Positions 17,207 to 28,217 are shown, numbered from the stretch's first letter. The stretch: DNA of 44,335 nt from Candidatus Tenderia sp. (GCA_031416075.1 JANOSY010000033.1:1-44335), one strand, 5' to 3'. The notes: generated by a model from the sequence alone, not told the origin. Numbers and translations are program-made.

Positions 17207-18875
17207 GGCGTGTCAACAGTAGTGTCGGGAGGAGTCCGGCGATGATAATGGCGATGGCGGGCAGGGCGGCGCGCTGCCACTCACCCTCGGAGGTCAGTTC
17301 AAAGATACGTACCGCCAGGGTGTCCCAGCCAAAGGGGCGGGTCATCAGGGTGATAGGCATCTCTTTCATTACATCCACAAAAACCAGCATCATGCCGGTT
17401 AAGATACCACCGCTGAGGATGGGCAGGTGAATGCGTCTGAGTAGGGTCAGGCCACTGCAGCCGAGACTGCGCGCCGCGTCATCGACACTGAGGGTGATGC
17501 GCTGCATGTGGCCATCCACGGCGCTAAAACCCACCGCCTGAAACCGGATGATCAGTGCCAGCAGCATGGTGATGAGTGTGCCTTGCAGAATCTGGCCGAT
17601 CTCGATCTGAAACCACTGCTGTGCTGAATCGATAATCAGATTGTCGAGCCAGGCGACAGGAATAAAAATACCCACCGCCAGTACTGGGCCGGGCAGTGCG
17701 TAACCCAGGGTGGATATCCGGATCAGCGCACGGGTGGGTAGGTCGCGGTGGCGACGCCCGGCGTAGGCCAGCAGCAGTGCGGTGGTCCCGACCGCCAGGG
17801 ATGCCAGTGTGGCTAGCAGCAGCGAGTGCCAGAGGAACCCAAAGTAGCGGCTATCCAGATCGGTCAGGGCAGACTCCGCCGTCCACAATAGCAGTTGGGT
17901 CACGGGCACAATAAAGGCAATCAACAGTATCAGGGTGGCAAAAACGGTGACTGCCCAGCCATGCCAGCCGCGCAGTTTGATCGGTTGCTGTTGTGCCGCG
18001 CCGCGCCCAATTTGGGTGTAGCTCATCTTGGCCCGTGCCTGTTGCTCTATTAATAGAATAATAAAGACCACAATCACCAGGAGTGATGCCAGTTGAGCGG
18101 CGGCGGGCAGGGAGAAGAGGCTGTACCACGCTTTATATATGCCACTGGTAAAGGTGTCGTAGTTAAACACCGCCACTGTCCCAAAGTCGGCTAGACACTC
18201 CATCACCACCAACATCACGCCCCCCACAATCCAGGGGCGTGCCACGGGCAGAGAGACCCGCCAGAAACCCTGCCAGCGGTTCAGCCCCAGTGATTGTGCC
18301 GCCTCCAGTGCCCGTTGCCCCTGAGTATGAAAGGCGTTGCGGGCAATCAGATAGACATAGGGGTAAAAGGCAAGAATCATCACCGCAATCACCCCACCAC
18401 GGGAACGGATGGCGGGAAACTGGGTGGGGCCAAGGGCCTCGCGCCACCAGCTCTGTAGCGGCCCGGTAAAGTCGAGCAGCCCAACGGCAACAAAGGCGGT
18501 GACATAGGCGGGCATCGCCAGTGGCAACAGCAGTGCCCAGGAAAAAAAGCGCCGCCCGGGAAAGTGGCACACCGCAGTAAACCACGCCAGTGATACCCCC
18601 AATAGCAGTGTGCCCGCCGCCACCCCCAATACTAACCAGAGGGTATTGATGGCAATATCCGCCAATACATTTTCGACCAGATGGTTCCAGATCTCCGGCT
18701 CAGGGTTGAACAGGGAAGAGAATATCACCAGCAGCGGCGCCAGCATCAACAGCGTAATCAGCAGCGCTACCAGCCGCCACGGACCGAGTTTGTGTAAAGC
18801 AAAAAGCCGCCCGACTCCAGAGGAGGGGGCGGTATTGGGTGGGGTTACAGGGGCGGCGTTATGGCCTGCCGACAT
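17193..18875 (-). CDS. fbpB: Fe3+ ABC transporter permease
   Basis: Duplicated permease domains, LPLAMPAYV, EAAQSLG and MKEMPITL. Confidence 0.9.
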   Translation of the reverse strand: MSAGHNAAPVTPPNTAPSSGVGRLFALHKLGPWRLVALLITLLMLAPLLVIFSSLFNPEPEIWNHLVENVLADIAINTLWLVLGVAAGTLLLGVSLAWFTAVCHFPGRRFFSWALLLPLAMPAYVTAFVAVGLLDFTGPLQSWWREALGPTQFPAIRSRGGVIAVMILAFYPYVYLIARNAFHTQGQRALEAAQSLGLNRWQGFWRVSLPVARPWIVGGVMLVVMECLADFGTVAVFNYDTFTSGIYKAWYSLFSLPAAAQLASLLVIVVFIILLIEQQARAKMSYTQIGRGAAQQQPIKLRGWHGWAVTVFATLILLIAFIVPVTQLLLWTAESALTDLDSRYFGFLWHSLLLATLASLAVGTTALLLAYAGRRHRDLPTRALIRISTLGYALPGPVLAVGIFIPVAWLDNLIIDSAQQWFQIEIGQILQGTLITMLLALIIRFQAVGFSAVDGHMQRITLSVDDAARSLGCSGLTLLRRIHLPILSGGILTGMMLVFVDVMKEMPITLMTRPFGWDTLAVRIFELTSEGEWQRAALPAIAIIIAGLLPTLLLTRHAER

Positions 18876-18891
18876 CGACTATCAACTCCAA

Positions 18892-19902
18892 CTATTTATA
18901 TCCAGCACGATCCATCAGCTTCACCGCTTCAACCTGTAGTTCGCCAGCCTTGGCGATATTCATGTTGTTGCTCTTGAAACTGCCCCAAGCCGCTACAGTA
19001 GCGTCGGGTTTAGTCTGGGGATTGGCCGGGAACTCCATGTTGACATCGGCAAACAGGTTTTGCGCCTTGTCGGATGAGAGCCACTCCAGCAGCTTGACCG
19101 CCTCTTTTTCATGTTTGGCATATTTGGTAATGCCCGCGCCGGAGACGTTCACATGAACACCGTTGCTCTTCTGGTTGGCCCAGAAGATAGCCAGCGGCAG
19201 CTCAGGGTTCTTCTCCATCAGACGACCATAGTAGTAAGTATTGGCGATACCCACATCACACTGGCCTGCCGCCACAGCTTCCAACATCTTGGTATCGTCG
19301 GGGAACGGTTCAGTGGCCAGATTGGCAATCCAGCCGCGTACAATCTGCTCGGCCTTTTCTACGCCATGTTCAGCAATCAGGGTGGCTACCAGTGATTGGT
19401 TGTAGACCTTTTTGGAGGTCCGCAGGCAGAGACGCCCCTTCCATTTAGGGTTTGCCAGATCTTCGTAACTATCGAGATCGACCGCTTTAATCTTCTGTGT
19501 ATTGTAGAAGAGGGTGCGCGCCCGGACCGACAGGCCAAACCACTGGTTTTTAGGGTCGCTCAGATGTGCTGGGATGTTTTTCTTCAGCACCTCAGAGTTG
19601 ACCGGTTTAAGCAGCCCCTCTTGCGCCGCCTGCCAGAGGTTGCCGGCATCCACGGTAATCAACATATCCGCCGGGGTATTTTTCCCCTCAGCCTTCAGGC
19701 GCTGCATCAATGGACCCTCTTTATCAGTGATAAAGCTGATCTTGACCCCGGTCTCTTTAGTGTAGGCATCAAAAAGCGGCTTGATCAGCTGCTCGTTACG
19801 GGCGGAATAGACCACCACTTCAGCGGCTTGCAGGGGGGCAGCAGTGAGTGCAGTCCAGGTTAGGGTGGTGCAGAGCAGGGTGGTGAGACCTATCTTCTTC
19901 AT
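18892..19902 (-). CDS. fbpA: Fe3+ ABC transporter substrate-binding protein (FbpA/FutA-like)
   Basis: Signal peptide from MKKIGL (ATG 19902, AGGAG RBS); VYSAR, TVDAGNL, NTYYYG and HVNVSGAG. Confidence 0.92.
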   Translation of the reverse strand: MKKIGLTTLLCTTLTWTALTAAPLQAAEVVVYSARNEQLIKPLFDAYTKETGVKISFITDKEGPLMQRLKAEGKNTPADMLITVDAGNLWQAAQEGLLKPVNSEVLKKNIPAHLSDPKNQWFGLSVRARTLFYNTQKIKAVDLDSYEDLANPKWKGRLCLRTSKKVYNQSLVATLIAEHGVEKAEQIVRGWIANLATEPFPDDTKMLEAVAAGQCDVGIANTYYYGRLMEKNPELPLAIFWANQKSNGVHVNVSGAGITKYAKHEKEAVKLLEWLSSDKAQNLFADVNMEFPANPQTKPDATVAAWGSFKSNNMNIAKAGELQVEAVKLMDRAGYK

Positions 19903-19939
19903 GATAATGGCACTCCTTGATGTGTGTGAGTCTAAATAC

Positions 19940-19979
19940 CAATGAGAACGATTATCATTATAAAGGACGGAGAGGTCAA
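19940..19979 (-). promoter_or_regulatory. Fur box overlapping a sigma70-like promoter of fbpABC
   Basis: Minus strand TATAATGATAATCGTTCTCATT resembles GATAATGATAATCATTATC; TTGACC-N17-GATAAT promoter. Confidence 0.85.
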
Positions 19980-20244
19980 CCCCTTTTTTGAATAATTTAA
20001 TCAATTTTACTTAACGCCAGACGGGGGCCTTGGGTTAACGCGTCGATCCAACCATACAACCAGAGTAGGTCAAGGGTGCCACTGTCCCTCCAAATGTCGT
20101 TTGCGCTGTGTGGCGCAAACGAAGCGCCATGTTATGTAAGGCCCAATTCTGCCTGGAGGTGCGCCGACGCATACGGTGGAACTCTTCAGCTGCATTTTTC
20201 TTCTGTGGCGGTATCGTCATTTCAATCGATGAAAATTAACGTAG

Positions 20245-20402
20245 GGAACCTCTGAATAGCTATTCCGTGCCCAAAGCACTTCGTGGGGCTGGCTCTTCGT
20301 GGTGAGATTGTCAAACCATTAATGGAGGACTCTTAATAATCAATACGTTACGTCAGCAGTCTTTCGACAGGTTCAGGACGAACGGGGCTGTTCAGAGGTT
20401 CC
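20245..20402. mobile_element. 158-bp MITE with IS5-like terminal inverted repeats
   Basis: GGAACCTCTGAATAGC (20245-20260) vs GCTGTTCAGAGGTTCC (20387-20402), 15/16 match; no transposase; internal IHF consensus AATCAATACGTTA. Confidence 0.75.
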
Positions 20403-20447
20403 TGAGTACACATAACAGTTATATATGCCAGGGGGTGATAACACCGG

Positions 20448-21365
20448 CTATTCATGCGCCACGCTGTTCTCACCACCAAACACCTCCAGCAGCCGTGGGA
20501 TAAAGCGCGATAGCTCTAACGTCATGATGGCAAAGTCATTATCAAAAGCCGCCGCGGCATCATCGCTATCCGCCTCATGGCTCTGTTCCAGAATCTCATC
20601 GCCAAAGCGGAGCCTCTTAATGGTCAGATCGTCCTGAATCACACAGCTGAGATGCTCCTGCCAGTCGATGGCAAGTTTGACCGCCCGTTTGCCCGCATCC
20701 AGATGGACCTGGATCTCTTCTGTAGTCAAATCCTGACGTTTACAACGGATAATGCCGCCATCCTCAACCGTATCGCGCAGCTCACACTCATCACCCAAGG
20801 TGAAGTCGTATGGCACATCATCACCGTTTAACCAGCGCGTCATCACCGCCGATGGGGCCACGGCCAAGCTCGGGGCCACCGCCGGCAATGAGCCGATAGA
20901 GCCTCGCAGGCAGCTCAATAGCTCCTCCGCCCGTTTGGCACTGGCGGCGTTCACCACAATCAGATTCTCTTTGGGGGCGATATAGGCAAAGGTCAGGGTC
21001 GAACGTGGAAAGGCGTGTGGCAGCAGGGTATGGATCACCTCTTCCTTAATAGTGTCGCGCTCCTTGCGGCGCACCGGCCGCCCCTGTGCCGCCTCAATCG
21101 CCTCGGCCTTCTCCTGCACCCGCTCACGCACTACCGTGGCCGGCACCACCTTCTGCTCTTTGCGGGCACAGATCATAATGTAACCGCCTACCGCGTGTAC
21201 CAGCTCCGCACCGTCACGCCCCAGCGGTGCCACCCAGCCATAACTTGATAGATCCAGCGTGCCACACGGCTTAAACGTATGTTGCTCCAACTGCTGCGCC
21301 AGCAACTCAGCAGATAGGGTGAACGGCTTGGTAAGACGGTAAAGCTGAAGGTTTGAAAACCACAT
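20448..21365 (-). CDS. rdgC: Recombination-associated protein RdgC
   Basis: MWFSNLQLYRL, GWVAPLG, LLPHAF and LLEVFGGE. Confidence 0.95.
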   Translation of the reverse strand: MWFSNLQLYRLTKPFTLSAELLAQQLEQHTFKPCGTLDLSSYGWVAPLGRDGAELVHAVGGYIMICARKEQKVVPATVVRERVQEKAEAIEAAQGRPVRRKERDTIKEEVIHTLLPHAFPRSTLTFAYIAPKENLIVVNAASAKRAEELLSCLRGSIGSLPAVAPSLAVAPSAVMTRWLNGDDVPYDFTLGDECELRDTVEDGGIIRCKRQDLTTEEIQVHLDAGKRAVKLAIDWQEHLSCVIQDDLTIKRLRFGDEILEQSHEADSDDAAAAFDNDFAIMTLELSRFIPRLLEVFGGENSVAHE

Positions 21366-21778
21366 GCACTGAATCCTTAACTACTCAAGAGAGGGCAGCA
21401 TTATCCCCAATTCACCGTTGCAGTGCTAGCGGTTGGGGTGGGGGGAGCAGGGTAATCGCATTTAACTCATAATAACCTGAAAATAACTGTAACCTGTACA
21501 GTAACTCGCGTGTTTTAAAATAAAAAAATTCTTTAAAAAAACAAAGCAAAGATACCTGTGCATCATGGGGGTGTGTTGAGAATTGGTTTTATTGGCGCCG
21601 TTACCCATTAAATTGCCAGACTATTGCTCCCTGAGAGCGGCATTTTAACTCAGCCAGAAAATGGATGCCGCAGCCAACTTTGCCTGTAGGTGAAATTTTG
21701 GGCGAAGTTGATGTGCAACTGCGAAAAAACAGGTGTTCTGCAGAGGATTGGTTCATTGCAACATGGCTGAAGGCGGTG

Positions 21779-22054
21779 TTATGCAGAGAGCTGAAGGTGT
21801 CGCTCTTTGTATTTCTGATAAGAGATCACGTTGCCACTCTCTTTGAGTGAGGCGGTCACCGCTGATCGGACCACGGTCTTCTCCTTGATTGTGGTCTCCT
21901 CCCATTCATGAGGATAGATGGCAATAATCTCAAAATCACCCGGCCATGGGTCGTAGGTGAGCATGGTCGCCACCTCTTCCAGCTCCTCAAGGACCTCTCT
22001 CATTAGTAACTCTTGTTCGGCGGTACCGGAGATGCTTCTCTGATGCAGCTTCAT
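21779..22054 (-). CDS. Hypothetical protein (91 aa)
   Basis: ATG with GAGG RBS; protein-like acidic composition; no recognised family. Confidence 0.55.
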   Translation of the reverse strand: MKLHQRSISGTAEQELLMREVLEELEEVATMLTYDPWPGDFEIIAIYPHEWEETTIKEKTVVRSAVTASLKESGNVISYQKYKERHLQLSA

Positions 22055-22222
22055 GACATAAACCTCAATCTCGTTCTACCCCTTTATCGGCGTTTGCCGG
22101 GGTGAACTTGAACCCGTTGAGGGTAAAAAAAGGTGGGTAAATGGTCGGTTTAAAACAGACGAGTGACAGTTCCTCACCAGCCGCCGCTGATAGCGGTGCC
22201 AGCGGGAAATGGGTTGGGTGGG

Positions 22223-23023
22223 CTATAGCGCCCGGAGCTCGCTGGCGTAAGGGTGCAGTGCCTGCACCATCGCCTTGAAAACCTTAGGATTGGCGGCAAT
22301 GACATGGCCGGTTTCGAAGATCTCGTGACCACCATATATATCAGAGACCATGCCCCCGGCCTCTTGAATCAACAGAATCCCGGCGGCCATATCCCAAGGC
22401 TTGAGGTCGAGTTCCCAAAAACCATCCAGCCGGCCAGAGGCGACATAGGCAAGGTCTAACGCTGCGGAGCCAGCGCGGCGAATGCCAGCAGTAGGGATCA
22501 CCATCTCTTTCAGCATCTGCAGGTAGATATCCAGAAAACGCTGGTTTTTGAACGGGATGCCCGTTCCAAGCAGTGCCCCATCGAGGCTGTTGGCCTTGCT
22601 GACCCGCAGGCGGCGGCCGTTGAGCTGGGCACCCATGCCACGACTGGCGCTGAAGATCTCATCTTTGAGTGGGTCAAAAACAACCGCATGCTCCAGCCGT
22701 CCGCGCTGCTTTACGGCAATGGAGACCGAGTATTGTGGGAACTGGTGGAGAAAATTGGTGGTACCGTCAAGGGGGTCAATAATCCACTGGAACTCATCCC
22801 CGGTGGTGTGTTCACCACTCTCCTCAGCCAAAATTCCATGATCAGGGAAGGACTTGCGAATGATCTGGATAATCTCATCTTCGGCTTGCCTGTCAACTTC
22901 AGTGACGTAATCGTGTTGTGATTTGGTCTGGATGTTGATGCTGTCCATGCGGTTGCTGGCGCGGGTAATCACAGTACCGGCCTGACGGGCGGCGCGGATG
23001 GCAATGTTAACGATAGGATGCAT
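22223..23023 (-). CDS. suhB: Inositol monophosphatase SuhB
   Basis: MHPIVNIAIRAAR, WIIDPLDGTTNF, RRAGSAALDLAYVA and WDMAAG. Confidence 0.96.
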   Translation of the reverse strand: MHPIVNIAIRAARQAGTVITRASNRMDSINIQTKSQHDYVTEVDRQAEDEIIQIIRKSFPDHGILAEESGEHTTGDEFQWIIDPLDGTTNFLHQFPQYSVSIAVKQRGRLEHAVVFDPLKDEIFSASRGMGAQLNGRRLRVSKANSLDGALLGTGIPFKNQRFLDIYLQMLKEMVIPTAGIRRAGSAALDLAYVASGRLDGFWELDLKPWDMAAGILLIQEAGGMVSDIYGGHEIFETGHVIAANPKVFKAMVQALHPYASELRAL

Positions 23024-23141
23024 GCGGAGGCTTCAATGATGTCAAAAATGGGGCGCTAAGAATACCAGAGAACGGCCTCTGAATGTGAAGGGCTTAACCT
23101 TTTTTATAGGGCCGACCAAGAATCGGCTAGAATGTCGCTCC

Positions 23142-23876
23142 ATGAAAACGAACATCAGAATTGTACTTATCAATACCAGCCATCCTGGCAATATCGGCGC
23201 AGTCGCTCGGGCGATGAAAAATATGTGCCTGGAACGGCTCTATCTTGTTGAGCCGAATGACTTTCCGAGTGCTGAGGCCACTTCCCGGTCGTCGGGCGCT
23301 GATGATCTGCTGGCACGAGCAGTCGTCTGTTCCACCCTGGAAGAGGCGCTGGCAGGGTGCCACTTTGTGGTGGGGACCAGCGCCCGCAATCGCAGTATCA
23401 GCTGGCCGGTCATGGCGCCGCGTGAATGCGCCGCGCGGTTGGTGGAGGAGAGCGTAGTGGGCGAGGTGGCGCTGGTATTTGGGCGCGAGGATTCGGGCAT
23501 GACCAATGAGGAGCTGGAGCGTTGCCACTATCTGGTGAGCATTCCCAGCAATCCCGATTTCTCATCACTCAATCTTGGAGCGGCCGTTCAGGTGCTCACT
23601 TATGAGCTGATGGTGGCTACACCGCTGGCAAAACCGGTGTTGGCAGAGGAGAGCCGTGACTTGGCAACAGCGGATGAGATGGAGTCCTTCTTCCTTCACC
23701 TGGAGCAGACTTTGGTGGATCTGGAGTTTCTTGATAACAGTCAGCCCCGTAGGCTAATGAGGCGGTTACGTCGATTTTTTAACCGGGCACGCCCTGATCA
23801 GACCGAGGTGAATATTCTACGTGGTGTACTTGCGGCAGCGCAGGGGCGTAAGCTTAGCCGCGCCAAGGGTGTATAG
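23142..23876 (+). CDS. trmJ: tRNA (cytidine/uridine-32 2'-O)-methyltransferase TrmJ
   Basis: [24 protein letters not shown] and SSLNL SPOUT motifs; start ATG 23142. Confidence 0.93.
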   Translation: MKTNIRIVLINTSHPGNIGAVARAMKNMCLERLYLVEPNDFPSAEATSRSSGADDLLARAVVCSTLEEALAGCHFVVGTSARNRSISWPVMAPRECAARLVEESVVGEVALVFGREDSGMTNEELERCHYLVSIPSNPDFSSLNLGAAVQVLTYELMVATPLAKPVLAEESRDLATADEMESFFLHLEQTLVDLEFLDNSQPRRLMRRLRRFFNRARPDQTEVNILRGVLAAAQGRKLSRAKGV

Positions 23877-23950
23877 CTGATTGGTTTTATTTTCAGTATG
23901 GCGTTAATATGGGTTTTTTAACCAGTTCGTTGTCAAGGATGGGGGCATTA

Positions 23951-24760
23951 ATGGTGTTTCAACGCATCCGCGAAGATGTTCGGTGTGTGTTTGATCGTGA
24001 CCCTGCGGCACGCAACGTGTTTGAAGTGCTGACAACATATCCCGGGGTTCATGCGGTGATAGGCCATAGGGTCAGTCATGCGCTTTGGAACGTGGGGCTG
24101 AAATGGCTGGCGCGGATGAACTCCACACTATGTCGCTGGTTAACGGGCATTGAGATTCACCCTGCCGCCACCATTGGCAGGCGTTTTTTTATAGACCATG
24201 GTATGGGGGTGGTGATCGGTGAGACGGCCGAGATTGGTGATGATTGCACCCTCTACCACGGCGTGACACTGGGGGGCACCTCGTGGAATAAGGGGAAGCG
24301 CCACCCCACGTTGATGAATAACGTGGTGGTGGGGGCGGGTGCCAAGGTACTGGGACCCATTACACTCGGTGAGGGCGCGCGGGTGGGTTCCAATGCAGTT
24401 GTTATAAAGGACGTTGCGCCGGGCAATACGGTAGTGGGTGTGCCGGGGCGCATTGTTAATGACGTGGATAGTGAAAAAGATGCGCGGCGTCAAGCCGTTG
24501 CCAAAATGATCGGTTTTGATGCCTACGGCATGCATCAGGGCACAACTGATCCGGTTGTTCAGGCGATTAACCACATGCTGGACCATATTCATGCAATGGA
24601 TTCGAAGATGGGCGATATGTGCAAAGCGATTGAGCAGCTGGGGGGTGAGGTAGATGGTACCCCATTGCCAGTATTGAATTCGTACGAAATTAAAGAGGGG
24701 AGTGGACAGCGGGCTGAGCCGAGAGAGGAGGCAGCAAAGCACGGGATAATACCTGATTAA
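23951..24760 (+). CDS. cysE: Serine O-acetyltransferase
   Basis: [29 protein letters not shown] and KRHPTL; start ATG 23951 preferred. Confidence 0.95.
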   Translation: MVFQRIREDVRCVFDRDPAARNVFEVLTTYPGVHAVIGHRVSHALWNVGLKWLARMNSTLCRWLTGIEIHPAATIGRRFFIDHGMGVVIGETAEIGDDCTLYHGVTLGGTSWNKGKRHPTLMNNVVVGAGAKVLGPITLGEGARVGSNAVVIKDVAPGNTVVGVPGRIVNDVDSEKDARRQAVAKMIGFDAYGMHQGTTDPVVQAINHMLDHIHAMDSKMGDMCKAIEQLGGEVDGTPLPVLNSYEIKEGSGQRAEPREEAAKHGIIPD

Positions 24761-24798
24761 AATAGTCAGGAAAATACTTGACCATTTTAGTTGGATAA
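24749..24798 (+). promoter_or_regulatory. Two tandem type-1 IscR binding sites
   Basis: ATACCTGATTAAAATAGTCAGGAAA and ATACTTGACCATTTTAGTTGGATAA resemble ATASYYGACTRWWWYAGTCRRSTAT upstream of iscR. Confidence 0.85.
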
Positions 24799-24875
24799 AG
24801 TACTGTTCATATCAATGATGAAGCATATATATGGTGTATTTGATTGCCGCCATATGAACATCAAGAGGGTTAATC

Positions 24876-25370
24876 ATGAGACTTACAACCAAAGGTCGTT
24901 ACGCGGTTACCGCAATGTTGGATCTGGCAATACATGCTAACGATGCTCCGGTACCTCTGGCAGAAATTTCACAGCGCCAGGGGATTTCACTGTCTTATCT
25001 CGAGCAGCTCTTTTCGCGTTTGAGACGCCAAGGTCTGGTAGATAGCGCGCGCGGTCCAGGTGGAGGCTACCGTTTGGCCCGCCCAGCGAGTGAAATTGCA
25101 GTAGTTCATGTTATCAACGCGATTGATGAGAACGTAAACGTGACGCGTTGTGGCGGTCAGGCGGATTGTCAGGATGGAGACCCTTGTCTGACACATGACC
25201 TGTGGTGTGATCTGAGCAACCAGATCCATGAATTTCTCTCCAGTATTAGCCTGCAGCAGCTGGTGGAGCGGCGCACGGTGCGTGAAGTGGCTGCGCGTCA
25301 GGATAGCAGGCAGCAGACTATTAAGTACAAAGCGGCCGGGACTGAGAGGGATTTTGCTGTCTCCAGTTAG
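24876..25370 (+). CDS. iscR: Fe-S cluster assembly transcription factor IscR
   Basis: [25 protein letters not shown] and C-x5-C-x5-C-x2-H ligands. Confidence 0.97.
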   Translation: MRLTTKGRYAVTAMLDLAIHANDAPVPLAEISQRQGISLSYLEQLFSRLRRQGLVDSARGPGGGYRLARPASEIAVVHVINAIDENVNVTRCGGQADCQDGDPCLTHDLWCDLSNQIHEFLSSISLQQLVERRTVREVAARQDSRQQTIKYKAAGTERDFAVSS

Positions 25371-25400
25371 GGTTTTTCAGCAAGTTATGCAGGTGGGTCT

Positions 25401-26543
25401 ATGAGCGTATATCTCGATCATAATGCCACCACGCCGGTTGATAGGCGGGTGTTTGAGGCAATGTTACCTTATCTGCAGCAGCATTATGGGAACCCCTCGG
25501 CACTCTACCGCCGTGGCAGATATGCGCGACAGGCGGTTGAAGCCGCCCGGGAGCAGGTGGCCCAGCTGGTCAATGCCCACCCCTCTCAGGTTGTGTTTAC
25601 CAGCGGTGGTAGTGAAGCCAATGGTTTGGCAATCAGGGGGGCAATCCCCAATATGCACTCTTTGGCTGTCAGTGCTGTGGAACACGCCTCTGTGCTGGAG
25701 AGTGCTCAAGCGGTTGCTCGTCAAGGGGTAAAGTTGGGGATTGTCGCCGTTGATGTTGATGGCCGGGTGACTGAGTCCGCGCTGGCCTCCGCGTTGGCGC
25801 ACCAGCCGCAGCTGGTCTCGGTGATGGTGGCCAACAATGAGACTGGGGTGGTTCAGGATATTGCTCAGTTAGCGCCGTTGTCCCATGCCCATGGCGCTCT
25901 GTTCCATACGGATGCCGTGCAGGCTGCTGGAAAGATGGTTCTGGACTTTAAGTCGCTGGGCGTAGATTTGATGACTTTGTCGGCCCATAAGCTCTATGGG
26001 CCAAAAGGGGTGGGGGCTTTGATCTGCGATAGTCGGGTTGAGTTGACGCCCCAGATCCTGGGCGGTGGCCAAGAGCGTGGTATGCGTTCTGGTACTGAAA
26101 ATGTGGCCGCCATTGTGGGTTTTGGCAAGGCTGCTGAGTTGGCTGGTTGTGAGTTGGATATTCGCCAATCGCATTTGAGTGGTTTGCGAAGCAGTCTGGA
26201 GCAGCAGCTGGCCCAGATGGGTGAGGTGGTGGTGTTTGCCCAACAGGTACAGCGCCTACCCAATACAGTGTTTTTGGCAATTCCGGGTATTGACGGTGAA
26301 ACGTTGTTGATGGAACTTGATAGGATGAACATCGAGGTCTCCAGCGGTTCAGCGTGTGATAGTCGTAAGATTGGCCCCAGTCATGTGTTGTTGGCAATGG
26401 GCATTGATGAGTTGATAGCGCGCTGTTCGATACGAATCAGTTTTGGCCGTGATAGCAGTGAGTCTGACGTCACAGCGCTGGTGTCCGCGCTAAAACAACA
26501 GGTAGAGACCCTGCAATCAGCATCGTTGCTGGCATGGGTTTAA
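25401..26543 (+). CDS. Cysteine desulfurase (IscS/NifS-like paralog)
   Basis: YLDHNATTP, HTDAVQ, SAHK (PLP Lys) and SSGSAC (catalytic Cys). Confidence 0.92.
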   Translation: MSVYLDHNATTPVDRRVFEAMLPYLQQHYGNPSALYRRGRYARQAVEAAREQVAQLVNAHPSQVVFTSGGSEANGLAIRGAIPNMHSLAVSAVEHASVLESAQAVARQGVKLGIVAVDVDGRVTESALASALAHQPQLVSVMVANNETGVVQDIAQLAPLSHAHGALFHTDAVQAAGKMVLDFKSLGVDLMTLSAHKLYGPKGVGALICDSRVELTPQILGGGQERGMRSGTENVAAIVGFGKAAELAGCELDIRQSHLSGLRSSLEQQLAQMGEVVVFAQQVQRLPNTVFLAIPGIDGETLLMELDRMNIEVSSGSACDSRKIGPSHVLLAMGIDELIARCSIRISFGRDSSESDVTALVSALKQQVETLQSASLLAWV

Positions 26544-26576
26544 AGCAATGAACAACAGATGTTGTGGAGATAAAAG

Positions 26577-27791
26577 ATGAGATTACCTATCTATTTAGAC
26601 TATTCGGCGACTACGCCAGTGGATCCTCGGGTTGCTGAGAAGATGATGGCAAGCCTGACAATGGACGGTAATTTTGGTAATCCCGCTTCACGTTCCCACG
26701 TTTTTGGCTGGAATGCGGATGAGGCTGTGGCTGTGGCGCGCCAGCAGGTGGCGGCGTTAATCAATGCCGACCCTAAAGAGATTGTTTGGACCTCTGGTGC
26801 CACTGAGTCTGATAACCTTGCTATTAAAGGTGCGGCTCATTTTTACCAGCGTAAAGGTAAACACATTATCACCAGTAAGACCGAACATAAGGCAGTGCTG
26901 GACAGCTGCCGTCAACTCGAGCGCGAAGGCTTTGAGGTGACCTACCTTGATCCGGAGTCTAACGGCATGATTGATCTTGCTAAACTTGAATCCGCGATGC
27001 GTGAAGATACTATTCTTGTCTCCATCATGCATGTCAATAATGAGATTGGTGTGATTCAGGACATTGCCGCGATTGGTGAAATAACCCGCGCACGTGGAAT
27101 TATTTTTCATGTGGATGCTGCTCAGAGCGCCGGCAAGGTCGCTATTGATCTTGATAAGCTAAAGGTTGATTTGATGTCTTTTTCGGCCCATAAAATCTAC
27201 GGACCTAAAGGGATTGGTGCTTTGTATGTACGGCGCAATCCGCGTATCCGCATTGAGGCACAGATGCACGGTGGTGGCCATGAACGTGGCATGCGTTCTG
27301 GTACTTTGCCAGTGCATCAGATCGTGGGTATGGGAGAGGCCTTCCGTATTGCTAAGGATGAGATGACGCTGGAGAACAAGCGCATCCGCCTGCTTCGTGA
27401 CCGTCTTTGGAGTGGATTGATCGGGATGGAGGAGGTCTATCTGAATGGTGATGCGCAGCATGGTGTTGATGGTAATCTGAACGTGAGCTTCAACTTTGTT
27501 GAAGGAGAGTCGTTGATTATGGCCGTGAAAGATGTGGCGGTCTCATCCGGGTCGGCGTGTACTTCAGCCAGTCTTGAGCCCTCCTATGTATTGCGTGCGA
27601 TTGGTCGTAACGATGAGCTGGCCCACAGCTCGATCCGTTTCAGTATCGGCCGGTTCACTACGGCGGATGATGTGGATTACACCATTCAGTTGATGAAGGA
27701 TAAGGTTGCCAAGCTTCGTGAAATGTCGCCCCTGTGGGAGATGTACCAGGATGGTATAGATTTGAATAGCGTGCAGTGGGCCGCCCATTAA
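26577..27791 (+). CDS. iscS: Cysteine desulfurase IscS
   Basis: [30 protein letters not shown] and C-terminal SPLWEM...WAAH. Confidence 0.97.
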   Translation: MRLPIYLDYSATTPVDPRVAEKMMASLTMDGNFGNPASRSHVFGWNADEAVAVARQQVAALINADPKEIVWTSGATESDNLAIKGAAHFYQRKGKHIITSKTEHKAVLDSCRQLEREGFEVTYLDPESNGMIDLAKLESAMREDTILVSIMHVNNEIGVIQDIAAIGEITRARGIIFHVDAAQSAGKVAIDLDKLKVDLMSFSAHKIYGPKGIGALYVRRNPRIRIEAQMHGGGHERGMRSGTLPVHQIVGMGEAFRIAKDEMTLENKRIRLLRDRLWSGLIGMEEVYLNGDAQHGVDGNLNVSFNFVEGESLIMAVKDVAVSSGSACTSASLEPSYVLRAIGRNDELAHSSIRFSIGRFTTADDVDYTIQLMKDKVAKLREMSPLWEMYQDGIDLNSVQWAAH

Positions 27792-27824
27792 GTGAACGTC
27801 TAGTTAATTTGAGAGGAACAGATC

Positions 27825-28208
27825 ATGGCCTATAGCGATAAATTAATGGATCATTACGAGAACCCCCGTAATGTGGGTTCGTTTGAAAAGACAGATACAG
27901 CGGTTGGCACGGGCATGGTGGGTGCCCCCGCTTGTGGCGATGTCATGAAGTTACAGATTAAGGTGAATGAGCAGGGCATAATTGAAGATGCCCGCTTTAA
28001 AACCTACGGTTGTGGCTCAGCGATTGCCTCCAGTTCCCTGCTGACAGAGTGGGTGAAGGGTAAAACCTTGGATGAAGCGTCGCAAATTAAGAATGTTCAG
28101 ATTGCTGAAGAGTTGGCTCTGCCACCGGTGAAAATTCACTGCTCAGTGCTGGCTGAAGATGCCATCAAGGCAGCGATTGAAGATTATCAAAAGAAACAGC
28201 AGAAATAG
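27825..28208 (+). CDS. iscU: Fe-S scaffold IscU
   Basis: GAPACGDVM, YGCGSA and LPPVKIHC. Confidence 0.97.
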   Translation: MAYSDKLMDHYENPRNVGSFEKTDTAVGTGMVGAPACGDVMKLQIKVNEQGIIEDARFKTYGCGSAIASSSLLTEWVKGKTLDEASQIKNVQIAEELALPPVKIHCSVLAEDAIKAAIEDYQKKQQK

Positions 28209-28217
28209 GACATTGCC

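Noticed and set aside
20009-20137. attC-like site (minus strand ACATAAC...GTTAAGT, hairpin at 20097-20122)
   Set aside because: The L boxes do not pair and there is no integrase or cassette array; at most a degenerate remnant
20035-20220. 61-aa ORF as lasso precursor
   Set aside because: No leader motif and no Asp/Glu at core positions 7-9; weak RBS
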